A stretch of 64,000 nt of DNA, taken from NCBI GenBank assembly GCA_965219415.1, contig CBDCNP010000001.1, positions 160,001-224,000 on the forward strand. The letters are read 5' to 3'. The notes below the pieces were generated by a model. That model was not told the origin of the DNA, made no database searches, and worked only from the letters and a program-made list of their open reading frames with translations. The translations under genes were made by a program, and so were the position numbers. Positions 42,264 to 53,419 of the stretch are shown here, one piece after another. Origin of the DNA: Candidatus Marinacidobacterales bacterium. GTDB taxonomy: Bacteria; Acidobacteriota; Vicinamibacteria; Marinacidobacterales; DATDRI01. The number at the start of each line of letters is the position of its first letter. Positions within the stretch are counted from its first letter, which is position 1.

Positions 42264-43076
42264 TTATCTATGTACCATGGTACCAAAACGGGTGCGGGGT
42301 GTCCAACGGGTGGGATTAGGAAGACGGCTGGCCGAGGCTAGGTAGGGCTCTACTTCGTCGGGACCAACCGTCTTGTCGAGGGCGATGTCCAGGGCCTGCT
42401 CCATGATCTCGGCCATGCGTTGGTGGGAGTTTTCCACACCGAGGACCTCAGCCAAGCGCTCGAACTTCTCCTTGAACTTGCGGTCGGCGGCGAAGCGGAA
42501 ATTGAACACCTCCGGTCTTGCCGGCTCGAGGATGGTCGGTGACACCCGGGGAGTTGGGCGTGGGGTCTCAGACACCACCCGAGGTTGTACAGTCGGAGGC
42601 GGGGTCAGAGCCGACCGAGAAGGGGTCTTTCGAATCGAGCGTGCAAAGACGGGCTTTGGCCGGAGCGCGACCAGGTACTCCTCGGCCTCCCGCTTTGTCA
42701 TTCCAGCGCAATCCCCGAGAAGTTTCTCGACGTTGCTCTCCGTGAGAACGGACGCGAGGAGTCCCGCCACGGTGAGACTCAATCGATTCTCCGCCAGCGC
42801 AACGAGGAGCTGGGGAAAACGCATCGATACATTGGACACCTGAATCCGCAAAGCAACCGAGCCTTCACTCAAACGAAGTCGTCTTACGCGGTAGTCGAAG
42901 AGATTCTTGTAGCCACGCTCGAGATGGCCCTTTCTTCTCGACATCTCCGCGACGTGAGCGATGATGAGCGCCACGTTTCGTTTCTCAGCGCGGACCAGCT
43001 TCTCGGTTGAACGGTCGAGCTCTTCGGTGGAGAGACCTTCAAGCGTTTCAAAGTACGTCTTAACTCTTTCGATCAT
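42264..43076 (-). pseudogene. DUF222-like N-terminal part of an HNH-endonuclease family protein; HNH domain lost
   Basis: GYKNLFDY..RLSEGS..RI, FPQLLVALAENRLSL; family-like sequence ends at ALDK (~42372). Confidence 0.7.
42272..42305 (-). promoter_or_regulatory. Promoter with palindromic operator over the -10
   Basis: TGGACA-17 bp-TACCAT; perfect palindrome GTACCATGGTAC at 42272-42283. Confidence 0.7.
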
Positions 43077-43350
43077 GGCCGTTGCCCCCTCTTCTAAATA
43101 TAGCAACGGACTTTTTCGCGGCCTCAGTAGCCTCGAGCGAGAAACAAACGGAGCCGGTTGAAAAAAAATTCAAGGTAGTGGCGAAAAAATGCGAGAGGGC
43201 GTGTGTGCGTTACCTGAAGGTATCTGTGCTAGTAACTGTTCACTTTTCGATTTTGTCTTGCGGAACTTGTCAAGTGTTTTTTCGTTTTTTTTCGCTGCCT
43301 TGCTCTCCGAATCTTGCCCGGGCGAGTTTTTTCGTGGGGAGTCCTAATCA

Positions 43351-45438
43351 TTGACTTCCGATCCTTCGGAGGACTATTTTTCAGCAACTATGGACATGGA
43401 CGATTTCCGGAAGGCAGTTCGCTATCTCCTAGACCGGACCACTGCAGGTTCGGCGATCCCAGATGGTCCAAAGAGAATGTGCGTGCACTTTCTCGAGCGA
43501 CTACAATCGAAGCCGGGATCGCCGGCACGGGGCCAGGCCGATCGCTTTGGCATCGAGACATCAAATGGCGAGACGTCGCATCGCTATTCCTCGAGGGTTC
43601 AGACATCATCGAGGCCGAGCTGGCCAATGCCGAGCGTCTCGAGCCCGATCTGGGTGTGCGCCTATCCCGCCTTGCGTCGTCGCTGCCACTCCCCGAAACA
43701 CCAACTACCGACCCACCGGCGGAGCTCATCGAGCGCTTCTGGGCGGTATTCATGCCTGACGCCGTCGGCGTTCGCAGCAATTGGGAACAGCGGACCCGGG
43801 AGCTCCGGCAACGACGGATGGTGAACATCGAGTCCTTGTGCTCCGAGCCAATTCAAAGTCCAGGGCGCGAGCTGCTGTGGACATCCAACGTGCTTCTTAC
43901 CTTGCCCGATCCCGGCACGCCGGCTCGAGACCTGAAGCTCAAGCCCGATATTCGCCGGCGGATCGAAGCCATAGACCCCGACAAGCAGACCTACTGGTAT
44001 GACCATCCGGTGCCGATCGGAGTCGCACCCGAGAAGAACGAGCTCCTCTATGGTCTAGGCGGTATCGCCGAGATGTTTCGTTTCGAGAAGGAGCGCGGGA
44101 TGGCCGGTCCCGTTGATCGCCTCGCGGTGGCTCTTTCGGTGAGCGTGACCCACAGCGGACTTGAATCCGTGGCGCGGGAGTACATCCAGGGCGCATTGAC
44201 TCAAAAACCCGGACTCGGAGACCTCGACGTCTACGTATTCACCGAGGCGGATACGCGCCGACTGGTGGAAGAAGTTTCTAGCTCCCGCCGCTAGACTCTT
44301 CGATCTGGATGAACCGGAGCCCGATTCCTTCGCCCGCATCTTCGGCGTCGATGGACCCTATGCTCGACACTACAATTTTCTCAAAGCGATCAGCGCCCTC
44401 TGGCAGACTGTGCGCGATCCAGCGCTCAAGGCGACCTACAAGTTCGATCTCGATCAAGTGTTCCCTCAGGAGAACCTGGTTCGAGAGCTCGGCCGGAGCG
44501 CCTTCGAGCTTCTGACGACCCCCATTTGGGGCGCGACCGGTAGGGACCAGGAGGGCAACGCGGTGGAGCTCGGCATGGTGGCCGGTGCCCTCGTCAATCA
44601 GTCCGACATCGACCGAGGTCTCTTTACTCCGGACGTCACGCTGCCTCACCTGCCGCTTCCCTTCGACCGGTGGGTCTTCCCTACTCAGGTGCCCCAGGCA
44701 CTCTCCACCGTCGCGGAGATGATGACACGCGACATCAATGATGCGGATGAAGGGGGTGATGGGCCGGACGGAAAGCGCACCTGCTCGAGTCGTTTTCACG
44801 TTACCGGCGGGACGACCGGTATTCGAGTGGACGCACTCCGTCAATATCGACCGTTCGCGTATTCTCGGATAAGCCGAGCTGAGGACCAGGCGTATATCAT
44901 GCCCGTCCTCTACCAGCCGGGTCCTCCCTATCTCCGATACGCCCACGTGCCGGGACTGATCATGCGCCACGACAAGCAAGGGCTCTTCGGCGATGCGATG
45001 CGAACCGCCGCGGCGGGAAAGACGGCGGGGGACTATGAGCGAATGATCCTGTTCTCGCACCTTGTGGAAGCGCTCCCATGGTCTCGCGACCGAACGCGCG
45101 ACGCCCTGGCGCCTTTCACGGGAAGCTTCATCCAACCGATAGGTGTGACTTTGGCGCTTCTTGCCTTCGCCCCTCGGATCTTGAGCCTGAAAAACAAGGA
45201 GCAGGCCGAAGAACTTCTTCGGGTGGGCTCACGGAGATTGGGGCCGCTGCTCAGAGATCTGCAGACCGATCCCGACTGGGTTCGGCGAGCTCATCGGGAG
45301 GAGCTGGGGGCTTGGAACGCGTTTTACGACGTTTTGGATCACCTCGAGAAGGGGCTCGAGACCGAATCGGCGGAAGCCCGACAACTCTCCCGTCGAGCCA
45401 ACGCCATCTTGGAGGCCACGAAAGTCGACGTCTCCTGA
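43351..45438 (+). CDS. Large hypothetical protein, possibly glycosyltransferase-A-like, frameshifted (~43570, ~44280)
   Basis: Protein-like pieces in three frames: YWYDHP, YARHYNFLKA, KFDLDQVF (DxD), RAEDQAY. Confidence 0.7.
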
Positions 45439-45446
45439 AGATGAAG

Positions 45447-48269
45447 CTATTCTTCAGCCGCCAATTCCAGAAGCCGTGCCCTGGTTTCGGCCGACCAGCC
45501 GGAGTGGGCTTCGATGACGCGGCCCGCCTCGTCGACGAGAAGGGTCAACGGCACGGTGAGTTGCGGCGACGCGTAAACCTTCATGATGTCCTTCTCATCG
45601 AGCAGGACATTCGTATAGCGGATCGAGCGCTCCTCGAGGTAAGAGAGCGCGGTATCCCGCTGCCCGAAATCCAAGCTGATACCGATTAGATCGACGCCGG
45701 CGGCGGAGAGTTTATCTTGAAGCCGCGACAGCTCGGGCATTTCGACGGAGCACGGGACACACCAAGTCGCCCAGAAGTTCACGACGGTCTTTCGCCCTGG
45801 CTTCAAGAGGGAACCGAGCGTGACCGTGGACGGCGACGACGACGATAAACCCGTCAACGAAAGCTCGGGCAGGACCTCGCCTTTTCGAAAGGCGAGACTA
45901 TGGAAAAGTTGTTCCGACGCCGGCTCGGGGTCGGGCAAGCTTCGGAGTCGCTCCGAAACCACCTCGACCGTCCCGGTTCCCTCCACGAGCCGCAGGCTTT
46001 GACCGGCGCGGACATCACGGTACGTCTCCACCAAGCCGGAGGGCCAGGTCACCGCAAGCTCGTAGCTTTCATGCTGGCTCGAGGGAGGGCCGAGCCCGAA
46101 GACCAGCCGTGGATCGCCAGCGGAAACGAATCCGCTACCCCCCGACTTGATCTTGGTTTGGGTTCCTAGTGGCGTCCGCACACGGACCACGGTCCCGAAA
46201 GCATCTCGAGCCGACTTCGTTCCCACTAGACTCACCCGGAGGAAGCCGTTTTCTTGCCCGACGTTGTTCCGATAGAGAAGCCGCCCTTCGTTTTGAACCG
46301 GCACCACCACGACGTCCAGATCTCCGTCGTTGTCGAGGTCCGCGAACGAGCAGCCCCTGCCATCCCCGATGGAGTCCAGACCCGAAACGCCAGAGATCTC
46401 GAGGTAGCTCCCGTCTCCCCGATTCAAATACAAACCGTCGCGCTCGAAACCACTGAATGACAGGCCCTTTTCGAAGAGCTCGGTCATGTGATGGTTCTGG
46501 TAATCAGCATTCCCCGCCTGCTCGACTTTAGCCGCGGCCGCCACCACGTGGCGCCAAAACAGACTTCACGTGTCTTTCATGGTCTTGCCAGACACGAAGC
46601 CGTTGACGGAGAAGGCATCTTCCCAGCCATCGTTGTCCAAATCGAAAAACCCGCCCCCATATGCCCAACCAGCGCCAAACCCTCCGGCACGCTGCGCGAC
46701 GTTCTTGAACGTACCGTCACCTTGATTTTCGAAGAGCGAGTTGCCGGCGGCGAGTTTCTTGAGAACCACTCCATCCGGGGTGGCGTCGGGCATGAGTCTC
46801 TTCAGAATGCGATTGCCCGCAGTCGAGGACATGTTCGTCACGTGGAGGTCCAAGTCACCGTCGTTGTCGTAGTCCCCGAAGGACACACCCATGCCGTTGC
46901 CGGGATCGACTACACCTCTTTGTACGGCCTCGTCGCGGAAGTGGTCGCCGTAGTTCACGTAGAGAGCGTTCTCGCCGAAGTCGTTCGCCACGTACAGATC
47001 CTGGTGCCCGTCGGCGTTCACGTCGGCAAACGCGGCCGCGTAGCCCCATCGCGAATCATCGACCCCCCACTTCGTCCCGTCCTCTCGGAAACGGCCGTTA
47101 CCCTGATTAATGAAAAGAAGATTGGGCGTTCCGTTGCTTGCCCTGCTCCAGGAGTTGGGCATCACCTGGCCGTAGAGATTGTAGGAAGTGACATAAATGT
47201 CTGTCCACCCGTCTCCATTTACATCCGCCGCCACAGCGCTGAAACCTACCGCTCGGTGGTCAACGCCCGCCTCACTGGACACATCCAAGAAGCGAAGCTC
47301 CCCGGTGGGCTGCAACTGGTTTTGAAGCAAGCTCTGTTCTCCGACGGCGGCAAAGAAAATGTCCAGGTCCCCGTCGTTGTCGTAATCGAGGAGGAGCGTT
47401 CCCGTTCCGTCCCGGCTATACCCGACGAGCGTTTCCTCAGAGACATCGCGAAACGGACCCTCCCATTCGTTCAGAAACAATCGATTTCCCAGAACCCCAC
47501 TCGTCACGATGTCGAGCAAACCGTCGTCGTTGACATCGCCCACCGCCGCACCATGAGCCTTGAAGCCGTCGTTGGGAGGCTCGCCGAAGGCAGGCACGCC
47601 CTCCCACAGCCCGGCGGGTCGAGTCACATCAGAAAACAGATCCTCCTCGGACAGCATGCTTTCAAGCGACTCGAACGACCAACTCCGAACGCTCCACAGC
47701 TCTTCGGGCGCTCTGTCTACACGGAGCCGAATCCATCCACGTACCCATTCGCGCCGGCCCTTCCCGTCGCAGCCTACCACAAAGAAGAAGACGCGGCTTT
47801 CGCCGCGAGTCGGCGTACCGCTGTCGAACTCTGCCGCTTTCACTTTGAGGCGGACGTCCTCGATTTCGGTGAAATGAGACAGAAACGCTTCGATACCTCC
47901 AAGGAAGTCGGCGCGGTCGATTATCTTGGGAACCGTGTTGAGATCCCAGCCGTGCCGGCGGATCCACTTGATGTCGTGCTGAACGGCACCCGACCGAGTG
48001 GGGAATAAAGTGGCCTCGAACTCCTCGGGAAAGTATTTTGCGGCCTTCCCGAGGTCTTGTCGGCGAAGTACGACCGACAAATCCAAGAGCTGGTTCGCGA
48101 GCGACTCTGAATCGTCCTCGATCTGCTCGAGCGCGGCGCGATCGAGCTCGAGAGAAGGCCGTTCCTGAGCCCCGACATCGCTGGAACGGAGGCAAACGAG
48201 GAATGCAAGTGCTACCGCCGCCGGAACGGCGACGCGGCCTCTCCCACGGAACGACGCGCTAGCTAACAT
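45447..48269 (-). CDS. Secreted FG-GAP repeat / ASPIC-UnbV / TlpA-like thioredoxin fusion with in-frame UGA (putative selenoprotein, 940 aa)
   Basis: Signal peptide, many DxDxDGxxD repeats, KDT-UGA-SLFWRHVV in frame, GSGFVSAGDPRLVFGLG, VNFWATWCVPC. Confidence 0.85.
46511..46568 (-). promoter_or_regulatory. UGA codon and SECIS-like hairpin
   Basis: UGA AGUCUG UUUUGG CGCCAC-GUG-GUGGCG ... CUAAAG ... CAGGC; apical loop starts with GU, 18 nt after the UGA. Confidence 0.7.
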
Positions 48270-48453
48270 GGATGTTCATCAGTTTAGACAATCCCCTTGC
48301 GCGTGCCAATAGAGAGTTAGTTTGGATTTTTGACCCCGCCGGTGGCATCCAGACCGTGACAGATTCTACAGCAAAGCTGATAAGCCTTGCGGTTGGGAGG
48401 AGGAGCCGCAGAATGAGCACCACTATATCCGTCCACGGTTTCCTGTACTTCAT
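48259..48453 (-). CDS. Short ORF, possibly the N-terminal remnant of a secreted protein
   Basis: Strong RBS AAGGAG, MKYRKPW followed by a hydrophobic stretch; lower GC. Confidence 0.3.
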   Translation of the reverse strand: MKYRKPWTDIVVLILRLLLPTARLISFAVESVTVWMPPAGSKIQTNSLLARARGLSKLMNIHVS

Positions 48454-48505
48454 TATTTCTGCTCCTTGATTAGAAAAGACACGGCTTGCGTCGCATTCGG
48501 TCCGG

Positions 48506-49687
48506 TCAAAATTTGTAGTTAAAGTCGAATCGGAATCGGCTTCCATCTTGGATGGTGGTGATGGCATCTACAATGTACAGGCGCGCGAGCAAGAGCATGT
48601 TCTTCACCGGCGCATAGCCGCCGCGGATCTCGTGACCCTGGAAATCACTGGCCGCGGTCTGCGTCTGGTTTCCGAATCGAAGCCAGTCGTCTTCGGCATA
48701 CGAGGCGTGCACGGCAAGAGTCTCTATCCACGCGTAGTAGTAGCCGATCACGAAACCTCCGAGCTTGCTAGGGTTGCCAAACCGGACCGACGCCACCGCC
48801 CCAGTCTTTTGATCATGGTTCGCCGCGGTAAAAGGATCCGGATCATTTGGAGAGTAGCTCTTGAGATTGTACGCTAGGTCGAGCCCCAGCGTCATTGGAA
48901 TCCTAGTTGCGAATTTGGCTTGGATGTCACCCGTCCACAGGTCGTAGTCGCGCGCGCCATTGCCATCGAGCAGGTTTCGGGCGCCCTTCTCACCGAGTAG
49001 AAAAAAAGGCCGGTCGCGAAGTTGAAGTTGGCACTGTTGCACTTCCTGCCGTAAACGACCTGTCCCGCTACCATGTTCCCTACGAAATGATCCATGCCGT
49101 CGGCGTTGAAGTAGAAACCGCCAATCAGCGAGAGTCGAGCGTTTTCAGGCTTGAAGTCATGCCGGCCGGTGAACCCAGCCACCGTGACGTCGTCGTCCCA
49201 GAAGAGCTCGTTCTGTTTCCAAAACGGCTAGCTATTTCGGCCCAACCAGGCCGAGCTCCGCTCGCCCTTGATCTGAAAGTAGTACTTGTCGAGGAGCAAG
49301 TCTCTCGGCCCTTTCGGGCTGCCTTCGAAATCGTTGGATGGTGATATGGGGAGACTGCTGAATTTCCCAGGCGCCCGTTCGGAACCGCACTCCAAAGGAG
49401 AACAAGGGAGCCGGTCGGTAGTCGAAGCCGATGCGAGCCCGAATCCGGAGACGCTGGCGATCCGCTCTCTCAACCCCACTCACGCGTTCGGAATCGAAAT
49501 CGTCCTCGAACCGAAAACGAAAATCTCCATAGAGGCCGATCTTGCCGGCTTCATCCAGCTTGATCTCGGCGAGAGCCGGGCCGGGCATGAACAGAAAAAG
49601 GAGGCCCGCCGAGAACCATGTCCAGAACATGATTCGCCAGGCGAGGAAAATTTCAGACCCTCTTGTCTTCCCTGCAGTCTCCCCCAC
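48506..49687 (-). pseudogene. Putative outer-membrane porin with frameshifts and an in-frame TAG
   Basis: Signal peptide, LYGDFRFRFE..DRQRLRIRARIG, ELFWDDD, terminal RFRFDFNYKF; TAG at 49228 in RNS*PFWKQ. Confidence 0.8.
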
Positions 49688-49769
49688 AATGTGGCTCCTC
49701 CAGATAGTTGTCTGCTCTTTCGGGGCGCGGCTGGCCCCTGCGGGTTAGCTTGTCACGCTTTGTCGCCCT

Positions 49770-49958
49770 TTGGCCAATGAGGAGCAGACGCTCTTCGTCA
49801 TGCACCTCGAGCACCGCATGCGCGCCTTCCAAGGCACGTTCCACGCCAGTCCCGATTGCGCCCTGTGGTATGGGTGGAGCGACATGGTCCGCGATCCGGC
49901 CGAGAGCAAAGAGCGCGCGGCGGACTTGAGGGAGCGACACCAAAGGGGCGACCGATAA
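49770..49958 (+). pseudogene. C-terminal remnant resembling an HAO-like multiheme cytochrome c
   Basis: EQTLFVMHLEHRMRAFQGTFHASPDxALWYGWSDM resembles that family's C-terminal helices; no CxxCH part present. Confidence 0.6.
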
Positions 49959-50035
49959 GAGTCTGCTTGGACGAGACACCGCCTTGGGTATTGTAGTCAG
50001 CGGCGCCCGAGACGTGAGACAATCCGCGGACTTGG

Positions 50036-53000
50036 ATGTCTCACGTTCGGGAGGTGCCCCTGATGTTACCCAATCGTTCGAGCCGTATCGCCCTCTGGGC
50101 TGGTCTTTTCCTTAGCTTGGCGCTCATTCCACCGGGCCTGGCGCAGGAAACGCCAGAGGAAGAGCCAAAGGAAGAAGACAAGGGCCTACCCCTCGAGCCG
50201 ACCCGTAAAATCGAGTTCGTCACCGACGAGGCCACTTGGCTGTCTCTCGACGTCTCGCCGGACGGCCAGACGATCCTCCTCGAACTGGTCGGTGATCTCT
50301 ACACGTTGCCGATCGAGGGTGGAGAGGCGATCCCCATTTCCACCGGTCTCGCCTTCGATAGCCAGCCAAAATACTCTCCCGCAGGTGACCGTATCGCGTT
50401 CGTAAGCGATCGCGACGGGGCCGAAAACGTTTGGACCGCTCGCGCCGACGGCAGCGAGCCCAAGAAGCTCAGCCAGGACACGCGCGCCGACTTCGCCTCT
50501 CCGACCTGGACGCCCGACGGCGAATGGGTCGTGGCCTCCCGCTCGTCCTGGGGCCTCGGAACGTTCGAGATCTGGATGTACCACGTCGACGGAGGGGCCG
50601 GCGTGCAAATCACCAAGGCCAAGCCGAAGCCCGAGACGCCACGCAATCAACGACACAATGCCATCGGTGTGGTGGTGTCTCCAGACGGGCAACATTTCTA
50701 CTACGCGCGAAAGATGGGCGGCTTTCAATACAACGCCAACTTCCCACTCTGGCAGATCGCGCGCCGAGACCAGGTGACGGGCGACGAAGACATACTGACG
50801 CAGTCTCAAGGTAGTGCCATCCGCCCGCTCTTGTCTCCAGACGGAACCAAGCTGGTTTATGGCACGCGTTTCGATGCCGAGACCGGTCTACGCCTCCGGA
50901 ATCTGACGACGGGCGAGGACCGGTGGCTCATCCATCCTGTGCAAAGAGACGACCAGGAGTCCCGGTTCACGCGCGACCTGCTTCCTGGATACGCCTTCAC
51001 TCCCGATGGAAGCGAGATCATCGTGACCATCGGCGGCAAGATCCACCGCGTGAATGTCGAGAGCGGTAACTCACGCGTCATTCCATTCAGCGCCACGGTG
51101 TCTCAGGAGCTCGGGCCGAGACTTCATTTTCCACGCCGCGTCGAGGAAGGGCCGGTGCGTGCCCGTATCATCCAAGACCCCGCAACCTCGCCGGATGGGG
51201 AGCGGGTCGCGTTTTCGGCGCTCACCCGGATCTACGTCATGGAGCTCCCGGACGGCTCTCCACGCCAGCTCCTTCCCGGTGAAGCTCGAGGCTTCCAGCC
51301 CGCTTGGTCGCCGGACGGCCAGTGGCTCGTGTACGTGACCTGGTCCGGCGAACGCGGTGAGGGAGGGCAGATTTGGAAAGTGCGAGCCGACGGAACCGGC
51401 AACCAGCGACTTACGACCGTCCCGGCTTTCTACAGCGATCCGGTTTGGGCCCCGGATGGCTCGCGAATCGTTGCGCTTCGGAGCACGCTTCACGAGCGGC
51501 TCACAAGCCCCGTCGATTTTGGGCAAGTCACGGGATTGGACGTCATCTGGATCCCGTCTGGCGGCGGCGATGCGAACCTCGTCATTCCCGCGCGGGGACT
51601 CGGCAAGCCTCACTTCACCGGCGACCCGGAGCGGATCTTCCTGTACTTTGCCAGCACTTTCGGAATGAACCCAAAACATGGTCTCGTTTCGCTCCGATTC
51701 GACGGCACCGATCGACGAGAGCACCTTCAACTGACTGGCCCGGGTCCTTACTTTGCCGAGGAGCCGGTGGGCGCAGACGACATGCGTGTCAGCCCGGACG
51801 GGCGTTGGGCTCTGGCGCGCGTCGGCAACCAACTCTATCTCGTAGCGGTGCCGCCGGTGGGCGGCGCTGCTCCGAAAGTCAACATCGAAAAACCCGCCGT
51901 TCCGCTCAAGAAACTCACCAACATGGGCGCGGATTACTTCGGCTGGTCCGACGACGGGAAGACCATCGCCTGGGCGATCGGATCCACCTTGTTTCGCCGC
52001 GCCCTCGACAGTGTCGTCTTCGATCCTCCCAAGCCTCCCAAGAAAGAAGAGGAAGACTCGGAGGACAAGGCCGACGAGGAGGAAGAGGACGACACACCGC
52101 TGGAGGAGGAAAGTGAAGTCGTCGACCGGATCGACATCGTCATCGAACGGCCTCGACACGCCCCTAAGGGGACCGCGGTGTTACGCGGCGGCACCGTCGT
52201 CACAATGAAAGGTGACGAAGTGATCGCCGATGCCGACATCGTGGTCCGCGACAATCGCATCGTCGCCGTCGGCGCGCGCGGCGAGGTGGACGTCCCCGCG
52301 GATGCCAACACCATCGACGTTAGTGGTACGACCATCGTTCCGGGGTTCATCGACACGCATGCCCATTGGTTCGAGATACGCCGCGGCGTGCTGGACGTCA
52401 TGAACTACAGTTTCTTGGCTAATCTCGCCTATGGCGTGACCGCCGGCCTCGATGTCCAAACGAGCTCGAACGATATGTTCGCTTATCAGGATCTCGTGGA
52501 CATCGGAGAGGGCAAGGGCCCCCGTGCCTATTCGACCGGCCCGGGAATCTTCTCCAATAACGCCTTCAAGAACGTGAAGGAGGCCAAAGGGGTCATCTCT
52601 CGCTACAAGAATCACTACCGCACGAGGAACCTCAAGTCCTACGTCGTGGGCAATCGGAAGCAGAGGCAGTTGATGGTACAGGCCGCCCACCAGCTTCAGA
52701 TGATGCCGACAACGGAAGGTGGACTCGATCTAAAGCTCGACCTCACTCACGTCCTAGACGGTTTTTCCGGCAACGAGCACAGCTTGCCCATTGTGCCGCT
52801 GTACAAAGATGTCGTGGAGCTCGTCGCGCGTTCGGGGATCGGCTATACACCGACTCTTCTCGTGGCATACGGCGGCCCGTGGGCGGAGAACGACTTCTAC
52901 ACGGCAACTGAGGTGCATGATGATGCGAAGCTGCGCCGCTTCCTACCGCACAACATCGTGGACGCCAAGAGCCAAAGGCGCCCGTGGTTTCGCCGCGATG

Positions 53001-53419
53001 AGCACGTTTATCCCAAGATCGCGGCGGCAGCGGCCGAGATCATACGGGCGGGCGGCTACGTCGGTATTGGAAGCCATGGCCAGCTCCAGGGCCTGGGCTA
53101 CCACTGGGAGATGTGGGCGCTGGCGAGCGGTGGCTTGAAACCGATGGAGGTGCTCCGCGCCGCGACGCTCCACGGTGCCCAGATCATCGGCCTCGCGGAG
53201 GACTTGGGAAGCATCGAGCCGGGCAAGATGGCCGACCTGGTGGTGCTGAACAAGAATCCTCTCGAGGAGATTCGGAACACGAACAGCGTGCGGTATGTCA
53301 TGAAGAACGGCGAGTTGTTTGATGGCGACACTCTTCATCAGATCTGGCCGAAGGAAGAAAAGCTCGAACCAATGTGGTGGTGGGATGCCGAACCAGTAAC
53401 GGAGAGTGGAGGGTTTTGA
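50036..53419 (+). CDS. Secreted amidohydrolase with TolB/PD40 beta-propeller repeats
   Basis: WLSLDVSPDG, repeated PxWSPDG, PGFIDTHAH, GSHGQLQGLGYHWE, GSIEPGKMADL. Confidence 0.95.
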   Translation: MSHVREVPLMLPNRSSRIALWAGLFLSLALIPPGLAQETPEEEPKEEDKGLPLEPTRKIEFVTDEATWLSLDVSPDGQTILLELVGDLYTLPIEGGEAIPISTGLAFDSQPKYSPAGDRIAFVSDRDGAENVWTARADGSEPKKLSQDTRADFASPTWTPDGEWVVASRSSWGLGTFEIWMYHVDGGAGVQITKAKPKPETPRNQRHNAIGVVVSPDGQHFYYARKMGGFQYNANFPLWQIARRDQVTGDEDILTQSQGSAIRPLLSPDGTKLVYGTRFDAETGLRLRNLTTGEDRWLIHPVQRDDQESRFTRDLLPGYAFTPDGSEIIVTIGGKIHRVNVESGNSRVIPFSATVSQELGPRLHFPRRVEEGPVRARIIQDPATSPDGERVAFSALTRIYVMELPDGSPRQLLPGEARGFQPAWSPDGQWLVYVTWSGERGEGGQIWKVRADGTGNQRLTTVPAFYSDPVWAPDGSRIVALRSTLHERLTSPVDFGQVTGLDVIWIPSGGGDANLVIPARGLGKPHFTGDPERIFLYFASTFGMNPKHGLVSLRFDGTDRREHLQLTGPGPYFAEEPVGADDMRVSPDGRWALARVGNQLYLVAVPPVGGAAPKVNIEKPAVPLKKLTNMGADYFGWSDDGKTIAWAIGSTLFRRALDSVVFDPPKPPKKEEEDSEDKADEEEEDDTPLEEESEVVDRIDIVIERPRHAPKGTAVLRGGTVVTMKGDEVIADADIVVRDNRIVAVGARGEVDVPADANTIDVSGTTIVPGFIDTHAHWFEIRRGVLDVMNYSFLANLAYGVTAGLDVQTSSNDMFAYQDLVDIGEGKGPRAYSTGPGIFSNNAFKNVKEAKGVISRYKNHYRTRNLKSYVVGNRKQRQLMVQAAHQLQMMPTTEGGLDLKLDLTHVLDGFSGNEHSLPIVPLYKDVVELVARSGIGYTPTLLVAYGGPWAENDFYTATEVHDDAKLRRFLPHNIVDAKSQRRPWFRRDEHVYPKIAAAAAEIIRAGGYVGIGSHGQLQGLGYHWEMWALASGGLKPMEVLRAATLHGAQIIGLAEDLGSIEPGKMADLVVLNKNPLEEIRNTNSVRYVMKNGELFDGDTLHQIWPKEEKLEPMWWWDAEPVTESGGF

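Noticed and set aside
46488-48008. Long antisense ORFs (also 21234-22487, 54537-55859, 62546-63697)
   Set aside because: Shadow ORFs opposite well-supported genes in GC-rich DNA, with no recognisable motifs.
49228-49230. In-frame TAG in the porin as pyrrolysine/recoding
   Set aside because: The gene has several frameshifts as well, and TAG is used as a normal stop throughout the window.
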